From Bacteroidales bacterium (GTDB lineage Bacteria; Bacteroidota; Bacteroidia; Bacteroidales; UBA4181): a stretch of DNA of 64,000 nucleotides. Positions 46,648 through 56,400 of the stretch are shown here, in pieces; position 1 is the stretch's first letter; every line of letters starts with the position of its first letter. The notes beneath the pieces are model-generated. The model saw nothing but the letters and a program-made list of their open reading frames with translations. It was not told the DNA's origin and searched no databases. Location of the stretch: positions 6,749-70,748 of the forward strand of contig JAVBNP010000006.1 in NCBI GenBank assembly GCA_031551455.1, in the 5' to 3' direction. The position numbers and the translations under genes are program-made.

Positions 46648-47163
46648 ATGCCTCCGGTACGTCCTCGTCCCCAAGCTCAAAAACCGAAATCCGAAAAAAA
46701 TCCGGCCGGTTCCGGCAACACCACCACGATTGTTGTTATCATCATTTTGTTACTGCTCATCGGTGGCGGTATTGCGGCTTATTTCCTTTATCCGCCTTTC
46801 CAAAACTTTTTCCGGAAAACTCCGAAAGAAACAATCGTCACGGAACCTGCTCCCAAGGATACAGTGGTGATCGAAGAAGCTCCTCCCATTGAAGAATTGA
46901 AACCCCAAAAACAAGAATCGTCAAATTCCGCACCCAAAGGATTTTACATCATTGTAGGCAGCTATCGCAACCAAAGCTATGCGAACAAAATGGTCAAAAA
47001 TTGCAGCAAGGATATTGAACTTGAAGTAATTTATTTCGAAGAAATCGGAATGTACAGAGTTTCGGCAGGTCATTACGACAATATCCACAAAGCTTATAAT
47101 GATGCTTACAGTATCAAGGATTTGGACGGTTGCGCCAACGCATGGGTATTGGAAATCCTGTAA
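46648..47163 (+). CDS. Bitopic SPOR-domain (septal peptidoglycan-binding) protein
   Basis: Basic, Pro-rich N-terminus and one TM helix (TTIVVIIILLLLIGGGIAAYFLY). C-terminal FYIIVGSYRNQSYANKMV ... YRVSAGHYDNIHKAYNDAYSIKD is SPOR-like. Confidence 0.7.
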   Translation: MPPVRPRPQAQKPKSEKNPAGSGNTTTIVVIIILLLLIGGGIAAYFLYPPFQNFFRKTPKETIVTEPAPKDTVVIEEAPPIEELKPQKQESSNSAPKGFYIIVGSYRNQSYANKMVKNCSKDIELEVIYFEEIGMYRVSAGHYDNIHKAYNDAYSIKDLDGCANAWVLEIL

Positions 47164-47260
47164 AACATCGACATACAGGTATTGTATCATCACTTAACAA
47201 AGCAATACATCCAATCTAATTAATGCGATTATTGAAAATCGCATAACAAGAATACGATAA

Positions 47261-47313
47261 AACCGAATTCCGCGAGAACAAAAATCGACAAGTTGTTCCC
47301 GCAGAATTCGGTT
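47261..47313 (+). terminator. Long imperfect hairpin after the SPOR gene
   Basis: aaccgaattccgcgagaac-(15 nt)-gttcccgcagaattcggtt followed by tgttt. Confidence 0.45.
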
Positions 47314-47560
47314 TGTTTAAAAATTTATCTATTTACGACATCAATTTTATCGAGACTGATATATGTCCGTACACCGGAAAACATGGATAACATCGGACAA
47401 CCGGACGATTGTTGCAATATTCTGCTTTTAAACAGGCAATTAATTGAAACCTATTTGTTAATAATTTCGTATACATTAGTCAGATACATGATCATGATTC
47501 ATCGAATTTTAAATCTGCATGGTTCCACACCGAATTATTACAAATAAAAAATTACCCGAT

Positions 47561-50500
47561 ATGCTTCGATACATAAAGGTATTGATTCTCCCGTACTTTT
47601 TATTCATTGCACAACAAACGGCAGCGCAACAACCTCCGGTCGCGTTGAGCCACACGATCACGCTCACGGGATTTAACGGATATATAAATAAAATCACTGT
47701 TGTTTATACCATCAAAAACAATGGTTCGGATAAATTGGAAAACATTGTTCTGACGGACAATTACACCCAAATGTTCGGTACCGAAGCAACAGCAAGTACT
47801 TTCGCCAAAACATTGACCACCGTTCCCGCGGGCAACGGAATTACGTTAAATCCCGCTTATCAAGGAGGATCGGATAATTTATTGCAAACGGGGTCGTTTT
47901 TGGACTCCGCAGATGAAGCCAAAATTACCGTAACCTTTGAGGTGGAACTTACCTCAAAATACAAAGGAGATCAATTTAACAGCAACGCCCGATTGGCATG
48001 CGACGGATTTACGTTTCCCGTACTTTCCGTTGCCGCATTGAACCTCTGCCAAATCACCATCGAAAAAGTAAACGGACTTTCGTTGTCGCAAACGGGAACC
48101 GCCATCGTCAGCACGGCCGAAAAAGATCAGGAAACGCTTGTTTTCGTCATCACCCGCAAAGGTATGACCACCAAAGAAACGAGAGTCAGTTACAGTTTCA
48201 CGCCTTCGGCTTCGCGTCCGGCAGCCAATCGAGCAACCATGCCCGGCGATATCAGTTGGATCAGTTCGCAAACGGGCACCATTATCTTTCCCAAAGACAA
48301 CACAAATCCTCAAACCGTCAGCATCAAAATTGTAGACGATCTGATTTACGAATTGCTCGAATATTTCGATTTAACACTCACCCCCGTTGCCGCTTACCCG
48401 GAAGCATCCATTTTACAACGAAAGGTTGAAACGGAAATCCTCAGCGATGACGCCAAACCGGTGGTAACCGTTGAACAAGCGGGACCGAAAACGATTATTG
48501 AAGGAAACGGCGGTGCAGCTGTGTCTACGTTGGTTCCGATCAGAGTTTCCATCAGTAATGCTTCTTATTTGCCCGTTACGGTCAGTTGGTCCATCAGTGC
48601 GGTCGGAACCAATAATTTCAATGCCCCCACGTCCGGCACGATAACGTTTGCGGCAAACACGACCGATTTACAACAAACATTCAATATACTCGTCAGTCAA
48701 GACGAATTGGAAGAAAGCGATTATCCGTTTAAAGTAAACTTCACGGCAACCAATGCGGAAACGGTCATTAACAATGCTCCCCTGTCATATACCATCAAAG
48801 ATGACGATATGCGACGGATCATTTGGAATACCCAAAGCCCGGGGTTGTATTTCAAAAAAATGGATGCCGGCAGCGAAATCGTGGATACCATGTACATCAA
48901 TTTTCTGGTAACCGATGCAACATTGAAAAACCCGAAAGTACATATCATCCTGCCCGCGGGCGTTACGCCGATAACAACCTATTTGACCAATATTCATGAC
49001 GAAAGTACCGTAAAAGGCGTAAAATTCGCTTCATGGACGGCAAGTACACGTACGTTGATCTATGATTTGGTTGGAAACGGTGATCTGAAAGCGGGAGACA
49101 TGGTCCATTTCAAGATCATTCGTAAAGCCGAATGTACTGCAACGCTGGGAGCGGTAAAAGACATCGTGAAAGTGGAAGCGACCAACGTTGCCGCCCAACC
49201 TTGGGTTAAAGACGGTCTCGTAACCAACAAACAGGAATGGGAAGTACCGCATACCATTAACAAAGGCAAGCTTAGCCTAACGATAAAAGCCGGCGATTTA
49301 TTGATGTACGAAAACGAAGGCGATTTGAGGGATCAAAAGCTGGAAGTAATGAACAGCGGACAAGGGTCCATGAAAAATTGCACCATCCGAATCGCATTCC
49401 CGAAGGAAATCGTCGAAATGACCGCATTGACCATCGGAACGACAGTCATCGGGACATTACCGACGCGCCAATTGTCGGGAACCGAAAGCTTCTACGACAT
49501 CATCCTCTCGGGAACACTTTTGGGCAGCGATCAATTGTTGACCGCGGGCGAAAAAATCAACATCACGTACACCTTAAAAGGGGGGCAGAAAAAGAACGTC
49601 GGTTGCGGATTGAAATACGAAAAAATATCCGCATGGTGGGGTTGCAGCACGTCGGCCAAACCGGACGCAACGGTTCCCGCCACCATCGAATTATATCGCC
49701 CCGAAGGTGTTCCGCAATTGACTCGTACGCTGATTCCTCCGACGGGAGAATTGAACGAGTCGGGCGTCAACATTTACAAAATGGAACTCAAGAACGAGGG
49801 ACAAAGCGATGCTTACTACACCAACATACCGATAACCATTTATTCGTACAAAACGGATAAATTGGGATCGGGAGCAAGCGACGTCGTCGTTACGTTAAGC
49901 GCGGGCACACCCACGTATACGCTTGCGGCTCGCACCGACAGAGGCGTTACGGTAACCAATCTGATTATTCCCGCGGGAGAAACCGCAACCATAGAGTATA
50001 AAATAACGCGTAACGTATTGGACAGATATTCGGGTTCGCCGAATGCCAATGTCCTCAACGAAGATTATTTCCTGCATATTCGATCGGAAAAAATCACTTA
50101 TTCCGACGAATGTAACGAAAATCCGGGAAGCATTGACGTCGGCTATTTTACGCAGAATGCGGGCAGCGTTAACGTCAGCCACTTGCCAATCATCAAACCG
50201 ACGCATTTCGACATGCTTTTTGCCAAAAAGTTCGGAACTTGGTCTTTCGAATTCGGAACCGCCAATACCGTATTCCCCATGGCCGAAACGAAAGGCTTTT
50301 TCGGTCCGAACGATAACGGGGCGGGAAAAAAAGTGGTGATCAATTTTGATTTAAGCACCAACAAATTTCTTCCCCAAGAAATAAAAATTACCGCCGCCGA
50401 TGGAACATCGTACAACCAAACCAACGGAATTTTGGTCAGTTGGACGGCAAGCGGCGCCGTTCCGAAAAATCAAACCAACCTGCCCGTAAGCAATGTTAAC

Positions 50501-53500
50501 GATGCGGCGCCCGACGGAAAATATACCGTCACCATCCCGTTTAATATCGCAAAATTGTGTTCGGCCGGAGCACGTTTCGATTTTAAAGTAAAGGGAGACG
50601 ACTGTTCGGCCGGCAACGAATTCTCCGTTAAATATACCGTCGATTTCGTCACAAAGGCAGGGAAGGTACATAAGCTGTACCAAGTTACGGGCGTCACAGC
50701 CATTAAGTGCGCCAACGAAGCGGGAGCAAACCTTAAAGATTGGGATGACCCGAACAGCATCTATATTCAAATGAATCGTCTCAGCCTCGGCATGAGAGAC
50801 AATAACAACAACGGATTGGAAAATGCCGGCGACGCCATGTCGACCAATACAAGCGGAATGCGGCTGGATCGATTCTACCACGGTGATACGTTGGAATTTG
50901 TATACAAAATCAGAACCAAAAACGACCCGAATTCAAACGTAACCGCATCCGACGGTATTTCCACTCCGTGGGAATATCTCTACGTTACCCTCGACAAGAT
51001 GAGTCAAAAACGATTTACGCATCTCGAATCGAGCTATAATGTTTACATCGGCCCCGATCAAGCCGTCAATCCGGGACAACCTCGACCGAACGGCAGCGGC
51101 CCGGCAACGCCGCAATACATTCCTTCAACCGACTCGGTTTACTTCAGGCTGAATCCGGCAAGCAAATTCAACGAAATGGACTCGGTAGTGTTCCGAACTC
51201 GCTGGTTGGTGCAAACCATGACCATGAACACCGGTGCAAACGGCACAAATTCAACAAGAATAGAAGAAAACCACATGGTAAAACATTGGGTATACTGTTG
51301 GCATGCCGTAAGAAACACAAACGATATTTTCAGACCTTTTACAAATTCCGATTTTGCCGTTCCGACAGATTACGGGTTGATGCAAAAATACGAACGGGGA
51401 TCTTCCTCCATTCAATTATATTCGTTATCGCACGGCACCAACGGAATATTCGGCGGCGGCGGTTCGGGATATATGTTCGACAAATATTATATCTCTCAAA
51501 ATACCGAATACGATTATTTTGAAGTATTCGGATTGCACGCCACCAACGACGCCGTTCCGATATTTTTCCCGTACGAATTGCGGAAACCGCATTACATTGA
51601 TAGTATCTCTTTCATGATTCCCTATGGATATCGCTTGACGCAAAACGTACAGCTTTTCGGTAACTCGGGTTTGGCGCGCATGCAATATGCGACAGCCGGC
51701 ACGCCGTACAACGGCTTTGTATCCGTTATAGCGCCCAACCCGCAAATGCAGGGTTTCAAACAAAAGTTAATCTTCAATAATTGGCATAAAAACCCGTATA
51801 CACAACACACGCCGGGAACGGATTATCAGATACCCGACGAATCTTGGGGATCGCGTCCTTTCATGCGGCTCGAACTGACACCCAAAGCGCCGTATGGAGA
51901 ATATACCGTATACATCAAAACAAATTACGGAAGCACCAAGGATTATCCCTCGAATTTAGGAATTCCCAAGTTGGAGTCGAAAAATTCAATCGGATTTAAA
52001 ATTCGCAATACCGCACCCACCTTCTTGCTTTCATGTGTTCCCAACACCGTGCAAGCCCGAGGCGATACGGTGCAATGGACCATCAGAATCGAAAACAAAA
52101 GTTCCGACAAAATCAACGGAACGGCTAAAAGCGGATACTTGTACATGGGCAATATGAACGACGTATACGGCGCCGGCAGTTTCGATTTGGATATAGAAGC
52201 CTGCGAATTACTGAACGAAACCGGAAACCGGTTCAATCCGAACAAAAAAGGAGAAGGGTTCGGAAATCGGTGGATCTATGTGGGCGATCTTCCCGCAGCC
52301 ACCACTAAAATATACCGATTCACGGCCGTTATCAAAAACTGGGCAGGTCATTGCGACAAGGACAGTTTGTTCCTCACTCCTTGGTTTGATTGCGAAAACG
52401 ACGGAAGCGTTCCGAATTTGAGTAATTCTCCCGCGGGAGCCTGTGACACCACCTACGACAGACATGTGGGACGTTCCGTAAATATATACATGGAACACCA
52501 ACCGGCTCATTTGGCGGGTGAAGTAACCGCATTGTATCAAACGCCGACGGATCCTTCCGTTCCCGGAAGCGCCAAATTCGGTTCGGACGAAATACAAGCC
52601 GGAACCCCTTTCCCCGTGGAAATCAAACTTTCGAGTACCGATATTATTTCCGTGAAAAACGCTCAAATAGAGATGTTATTACCCGCAGGTATGACCTATG
52701 TTTCGGGGACGGCATATTATGAAACGGGGGGCAGTAACCAACCGTTTGTCAAAGACGGAAGCAATAAAGATGCTCTGGATCGAAACGTTGACGGCAGCGG
52801 AACACCGTTTACGCTTATCATGACGGATATTACGGGTCAACCGCTCATTTTGGAAGGTCTTACGCAAAATGACACGACCAAACGTGATATTTATTTGAGA
52901 TTCAAGTTGACCACCGATTGCAGTTTTAATGCCGACAGCGCCATCATTAAGGCACACATCGACGGACAACATCTTTGCGACGCATCGGCGATGTACCACA
53001 ATAACCCCGATACCATACAGGGTTTGCAAATATACCTTGAAGGGTATCGCTATTACATCCTCACCGATGCAATATACGGGCCTCAAGGTTACACCTTTGC
53101 ACTATGCGAGGACGGTAAAAAGAAAAAAACGCTTCGGGGACAATTTACGCGCCAAGGCAGAGCGTTGCAAAACGATTATTTCGAACTCAAAATGCCCGGT
53201 TATTTCTCGCTCGATCCCGAACCCTCACCCGGAAAATCCGTCATCAAATATTTCTCGTGGAATCCGGACGATCCGATGGCCATACCTCCGTTGGTCATCG
53301 ATTCGGTGAGCGAAGATCCGATTATTATCACCAAATCGGCCGATGCCGACACGATCATTTATCGTTGGAAATTACCGGTAGTCTATTCCGCGAAAACCAC
53401 TCAAAATTTGTTGGTGGAATACAATATTCCAGTCATTTTAAATGACTTGGCTCCAAATATAAAACTCGACAATCCATTTGTTCTCAACATTGTGGCCGAC

Positions 53501-56383
53501 AAAACCAATCAATGCAGCGGCAAAGGCGCTTTGCTGGCCACCGATACGCTTATGGCACAAGTGTACATCAATGAAGTGGGATTGGCCAAAAGAGTATCCA
53601 AAGTATTAAATGCCGATCAATATTTTACCGTTACGTATACCTATACGCTTGTCAATTTGAGCAATGTTCCCGTATATAACGTAACGCTTACCGATAATCT
53701 TGCTTCGATGTTCGGCGGGATGATCGATTTCAAGGCGGGTTCATTCTCCATTGACACCACCAACGCATCCGGATTGAAAGCAAACGACGGCTATGCCGGA
53801 AACGGAGCCGTGATATATGCGGGAACCATGGCTGCGGGCGAAACAAAAACGGTAGTGCTAACGTTCGATGCGCGACCCAACATGACCTATGACGGACGTA
53901 CTTTCGAAAACAATGCAAAGTTGACCGCCAGCAATACCGAAAATTGCGAAACGTTCGATATATCGACCGATTCGCAAAACGATGATCCCGGAACGCCGCC
54001 CGCAGCATTTGCCGATCCGACACCCATTAGTTTTAACAGCCTACGATTCAAAGATATCGGCCCGATTACGGTACAGGAAAATGTCGGTACCATGACGCTT
54101 ACCATCGAGCGTGTGGGTGATTTGTCGGCATACGATTTTTATTTTCTGCTTGCCGACAAATCAGATCTCGGCGGATATTTGCCCATAAGCTTCTACAATG
54201 AAGCCACGGTAGGCAGTTCGCCCGACGGTTGCACCGATGCTTGGCGCGATCCCGAAAAAGAAAAACTTACTTTCCCTGCGGGAAAATCCGAAATGACCGT
54301 TCAAGTGCACATTGTCGACGACAATATCGACGAAACGCCGCTTATCGATAATATTTCGGAAGCATTCGCGGCCATTATCACGCATGTATCCATGCCCGAC
54401 GATGTTTCGTTCATCAACGACACATTGATCGTGGTTATCGAAGACAACGACATGCTTCCCACTTTGTCGATTTGGGCCATGGCAGACTCAATTCGCGAAC
54501 GAACAATTATTTTGGGTCCGGGACACAATTACGGTACCAACGATATGAAATTCGAGCTCCGCTTGAGTAACCCCACCATCAATTACGCAACCATCAAAGC
54601 GAATTGGCAAACCGAAAACGGTTCGGGATTGGCTGTGGGAGGTTCCGCGGGCATACAAGGCGTCGATTTCGATTATTACGAACAACTTGCCGCAGCAATT
54701 CCGGCTTTCACGCTGGGATGCATCGCAACCGATACCATTCAAACCATTACCGTTAAAGTGGTTGCCGACAGCATACCCGAAACGGCCAAAAAGGTAAAAG
54801 TATCCTTATCGGGCGTGCAAGGCATTATTCCGGGAACCCTCGAAGCTTATTCCACCATTGTCGACGACGATATCAAGATAGATACGATCAAATTGAAAAA
54901 TTTGATTTGCAAAGGCGACGGAACGGGTGAAATAACCGTTAAAGCCCGCGGAGGCGAAACATACGCATCCGGAGGAAAATACCACTACCGATGGACGGGA
55001 CCGGGAGGATTCAATGCTTATGAATTCACTTCCGGAAACAATGCGATACAAAACCTCCAAGCGGGATTTTATGCGGTAACCGTAACCGATGTATGGAGCA
55101 CTCCCACGGATTCGAGCTTTATCATTGAAGTAAAAGAACCGACGCTTCCCCTTGCCGTTCATGTCGATAGCAAACAAGACGTCACTTGCAACGGAGGTAA
55201 TGACGGATTGATCAACACCACCGTTTCGGGAGGTTGGAATGTTGTATTGCCTTACGATATCAAGTGGACCAAAAAAGATGATGTCGGATATTCTTCAACT
55301 TCCGACGACATTAATACGCTGACGGCCGGATTGTACCGGATTACGGTGAAAGACAGTGTGTCATGTGTGGTAAAAGACAGCGTTGAAATCAAGGAACCGC
55401 TTCCGCTCGGCATCGACAATACCGTTGTTCGGGATATCACATGCAAAGGAAGTTCGGACGGAAGCATCGAAATAACCATTGTCGGAGGAAATCCTTTCCC
55501 GACACCCAATGATCCGTACTTAATCTTTTGGACCGGTCCGAGCATCAATGCCGGTAATAACAACAAAACAAGCATTTCCGGATTGTTGCCGGGCACATAC
55601 ACCGTGGTTATAAGCGATAACGGTTGCGGTACGATCACCGATTTCTTCACGATAAAAGAACCCGCCACGCTGATGACGGCTTCCGTCGAAAGTATTACCG
55701 ATGTTGCTTGTAAAGGCGATGCTTCCGGTATAGCCGTCATAAAAGCTGAAGGCGGATGGGGAAAATACACCTATGCATGGAGTGACGGTATAACAACGGA
55801 CAATAATACCCGCAACGATTTGAAAGCGGGAGATTACAGTGTCCTTGTAACCGACAGCGCGGGATGTACCAAAAATCTTTCACCCGTTACCATCGGAGAG
55901 CCTGCCGAAAGAATGAAAGTAACGCTCACCGCAACCGACGAAACATATCAAAACGGTAACGATGGTACCATTACGGTTGATGTTACGGGCGGAGTTCCCG
56001 CATATATTTATTCGTGGGCCGATGCACCGACGCTAAACACCGCTTTCCGTAATTTCCTCGAAGCGGGAACCTATACGGTTACCGTTACCGATCAACAAAA
56101 TTGCGTCATGAGCGAAAGCGCCGTCATTAACGAGCCAAACACAACGGATAATTTGCCGAACGTATTTACCCCGGACGGAGACGGCTTTAACGATAAGTTA
56201 CTGGAATATCATCACATTAAGGTTTTCGATCGTTGGGGTTTGCTTCTCTATGATGGTACCGATGGTTGGGATGGTCGTTACAAAGGCAAAATGATGCCCT
56301 CGGGAACTTATTTTTATGTCTTAATTGACGATACCACGGGTAAAGAATATAAGAGTTCGGTATTATTGCAAATTCTCAAATAA
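47561..56383 (+). CDS. Giant (about 2940 aa) surface adhesin-like protein: DUF11-like and Calx-beta modules at both ends of a roughly 1580-aa unassigned core, about five SprB repeats and a T9SS type B C-terminal domain
   Basis: Start set at MLRYIKVLILPYFLFIAQQTAAQ (47561). DUF11-like repeats (VVYTIKNNGSDKLENIVLTDN; YTYTLVNLSNVPVYNVTLTDN). Calx-beta-like motifs (VSIKIVDDLIYELLEYF, VQVHIVDDNIDETP, ITVKVVADSIPETAKKV). SprB repeats (CNGGNDGLINTTVSGG, CKGSSDGSIEITIVGGNP, CKGDASGIAVIKAEGGWGKYTYAWSDG). C-terminal CTD NVFTPDGDGFNDKL ... GWDGRYKG ... TYFYVL ... LLQILK (about 56152-56380). Confidence 0.85.
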   Translation: MLRYIKVLILPYFLFIAQQTAAQQPPVALSHTITLTGFNGYINKITVVYTIKNNGSDKLENIVLTDNYTQMFGTEATASTFAKTLTTVPAGNGITLNPAYQGGSDNLLQTGSFLDSADEAKITVTFEVELTSKYKGDQFNSNARLACDGFTFPVLSVAALNLCQITIEKVNGLSLSQTGTAIVSTAEKDQETLVFVITRKGMTTKETRVSYSFTPSASRPAANRATMPGDISWISSQTGTIIFPKDNTNPQTVSIKIVDDLIYELLEYFDLTLTPVAAYPEASILQRKVETEILSDDAKPVVTVEQAGPKTIIEGNGGAAVSTLVPIRVSISNASYLPVTVSWSISAVGTNNFNAPTSGTITFAANTTDLQQTFNILVSQDELEESDYPFKVNFTATNAETVINNAPLSYTIKDDDMRRIIWNTQSPGLYFKKMDAGSEIVDTMYINFLVTDATLKNPKVHIILPAGVTPITTYLTNIHDESTVKGVKFASWTASTRTLIYDLVGNGDLKAGDMVHFKIIRKAECTATLGAVKDIVKVEATNVAAQPWVKDGLVTNKQEWEVPHTINKGKLSLTIKAGDLLMYENEGDLRDQKLEVMNSGQGSMKNCTIRIAFPKEIVEMTALTIGTTVIGTLPTRQLSGTESFYDIILSGTLLGSDQLLTAGEKINITYTLKGGQKKNVGCGLKYEKISAWWGCSTSAKPDATVPATIELYRPEGVPQLTRTLIPPTGELNESGVNIYKMELKNEGQSDAYYTNIPITIYSYKTDKLGSGASDVVVTLSAGTPTYTLAARTDRGVTVTNLIIPAGETATIEYKITRNVLDRYSGSPNANVLNEDYFLHIRSEKITYSDECNENPGSIDVGYFTQNAGSVNVSHLPIIKPTHFDMLFAKKFGTWSFEFGTANTVFPMAETKGFFGPNDNGAGKKVVINFDLSTNKFLPQEIKITAADGTSYNQTNGILVSWTASGAVPKNQTNLPVSNVNDAAPDGKYTVTIPFNIAKLCSAGARFDFKVKGDDCSAGNEFSVKYTVDFVTKAGKVHKLYQVTGVTAIKCANEAGANLKDWDDPNSIYIQMNRLSLGMRDNNNNGLENAGDAMSTNTSGMRLDRFYHGDTLEFVYKIRTKNDPNSNVTASDGISTPWEYLYVTLDKMSQKRFTHLESSYNVYIGPDQAVNPGQPRPNGSGPATPQYIPSTDSVYFRLNPASKFNEMDSVVFRTRWLVQTMTMNTGANGTNSTRIEENHMVKHWVYCWHAVRNTNDIFRPFTNSDFAVPTDYGLMQKYERGSSSIQLYSLSHGTNGIFGGGGSGYMFDKYYISQNTEYDYFEVFGLHATNDAVPIFFPYELRKPHYIDSISFMIPYGYRLTQNVQLFGNSGLARMQYATAGTPYNGFVSVIAPNPQMQGFKQKLIFNNWHKNPYTQHTPGTDYQIPDESWGSRPFMRLELTPKAPYGEYTVYIKTNYGSTKDYPSNLGIPKLESKNSIGFKIRNTAPTFLLSCVPNTVQARGDTVQWTIRIENKSSDKINGTAKSGYLYMGNMNDVYGAGSFDLDIEACELLNETGNRFNPNKKGEGFGNRWIYVGDLPAATTKIYRFTAVIKNWAGHCDKDSLFLTPWFDCENDGSVPNLSNSPAGACDTTYDRHVGRSVNIYMEHQPAHLAGEVTALYQTPTDPSVPGSAKFGSDEIQAGTPFPVEIKLSSTDIISVKNAQIEMLLPAGMTYVSGTAYYETGGSNQPFVKDGSNKDALDRNVDGSGTPFTLIMTDITGQPLILEGLTQNDTTKRDIYLRFKLTTDCSFNADSAIIKAHIDGQHLCDASAMYHNNPDTIQGLQIYLEGYRYYILTDAIYGPQGYTFALCEDGKKKKTLRGQFTRQGRALQNDYFELKMPGYFSLDPEPSPGKSVIKYFSWNPDDPMAIPPLVIDSVSEDPIIITKSADADTIIYRWKLPVVYSAKTTQNLLVEYNIPVILNDLAPNIKLDNPFVLNIVADKTNQCSGKGALLATDTLMAQVYINEVGLAKRVSKVLNADQYFTVTYTYTLVNLSNVPVYNVTLTDNLASMFGGMIDFKAGSFSIDTTNASGLKANDGYAGNGAVIYAGTMAAGETKTVVLTFDARPNMTYDGRTFENNAKLTASNTENCETFDISTDSQNDDPGTPPAAFADPTPISFNSLRFKDIGPITVQENVGTMTLTIERVGDLSAYDFYFLLADKSDLGGYLPISFYNEATVGSSPDGCTDAWRDPEKEKLTFPAGKSEMTVQVHIVDDNIDETPLIDNISEAFAAIITHVSMPDDVSFINDTLIVVIEDNDMLPTLSIWAMADSIRERTIILGPGHNYGTNDMKFELRLSNPTINYATIKANWQTENGSGLAVGGSAGIQGVDFDYYEQLAAAIPAFTLGCIATDTIQTITVKVVADSIPETAKKVKVSLSGVQGIIPGTLEAYSTIVDDDIKIDTIKLKNLICKGDGTGEITVKARGGETYASGGKYHYRWTGPGGFNAYEFTSGNNAIQNLQAGFYAVTVTDVWSTPTDSSFIIEVKEPTLPLAVHVDSKQDVTCNGGNDGLINTTVSGGWNVVLPYDIKWTKKDDVGYSSTSDDINTLTAGLYRITVKDSVSCVVKDSVEIKEPLPLGIDNTVVRDITCKGSSDGSIEITIVGGNPFPTPNDPYLIFWTGPSINAGNNNKTSISGLLPGTYTVVISDNGCGTITDFFTIKEPATLMTASVESITDVACKGDASGIAVIKAEGGWGKYTYAWSDGITTDNNTRNDLKAGDYSVLVTDSAGCTKNLSPVTIGEPAERMKVTLTATDETYQNGNDGTITVDVTGGVPAYIYSWADAPTLNTAFRNFLEAGTYTVTVTDQQNCVMSESAVINEPNTTDNLPNVFTPDGDGFNDKLLEYHHIKVFDRWGLLLYDGTDGWDGRYKGKMMPSGTYFYVLIDDTTGKEYKSSVLLQILK

Positions 56384-56400
56384 GCCAAAAGAATCATACA

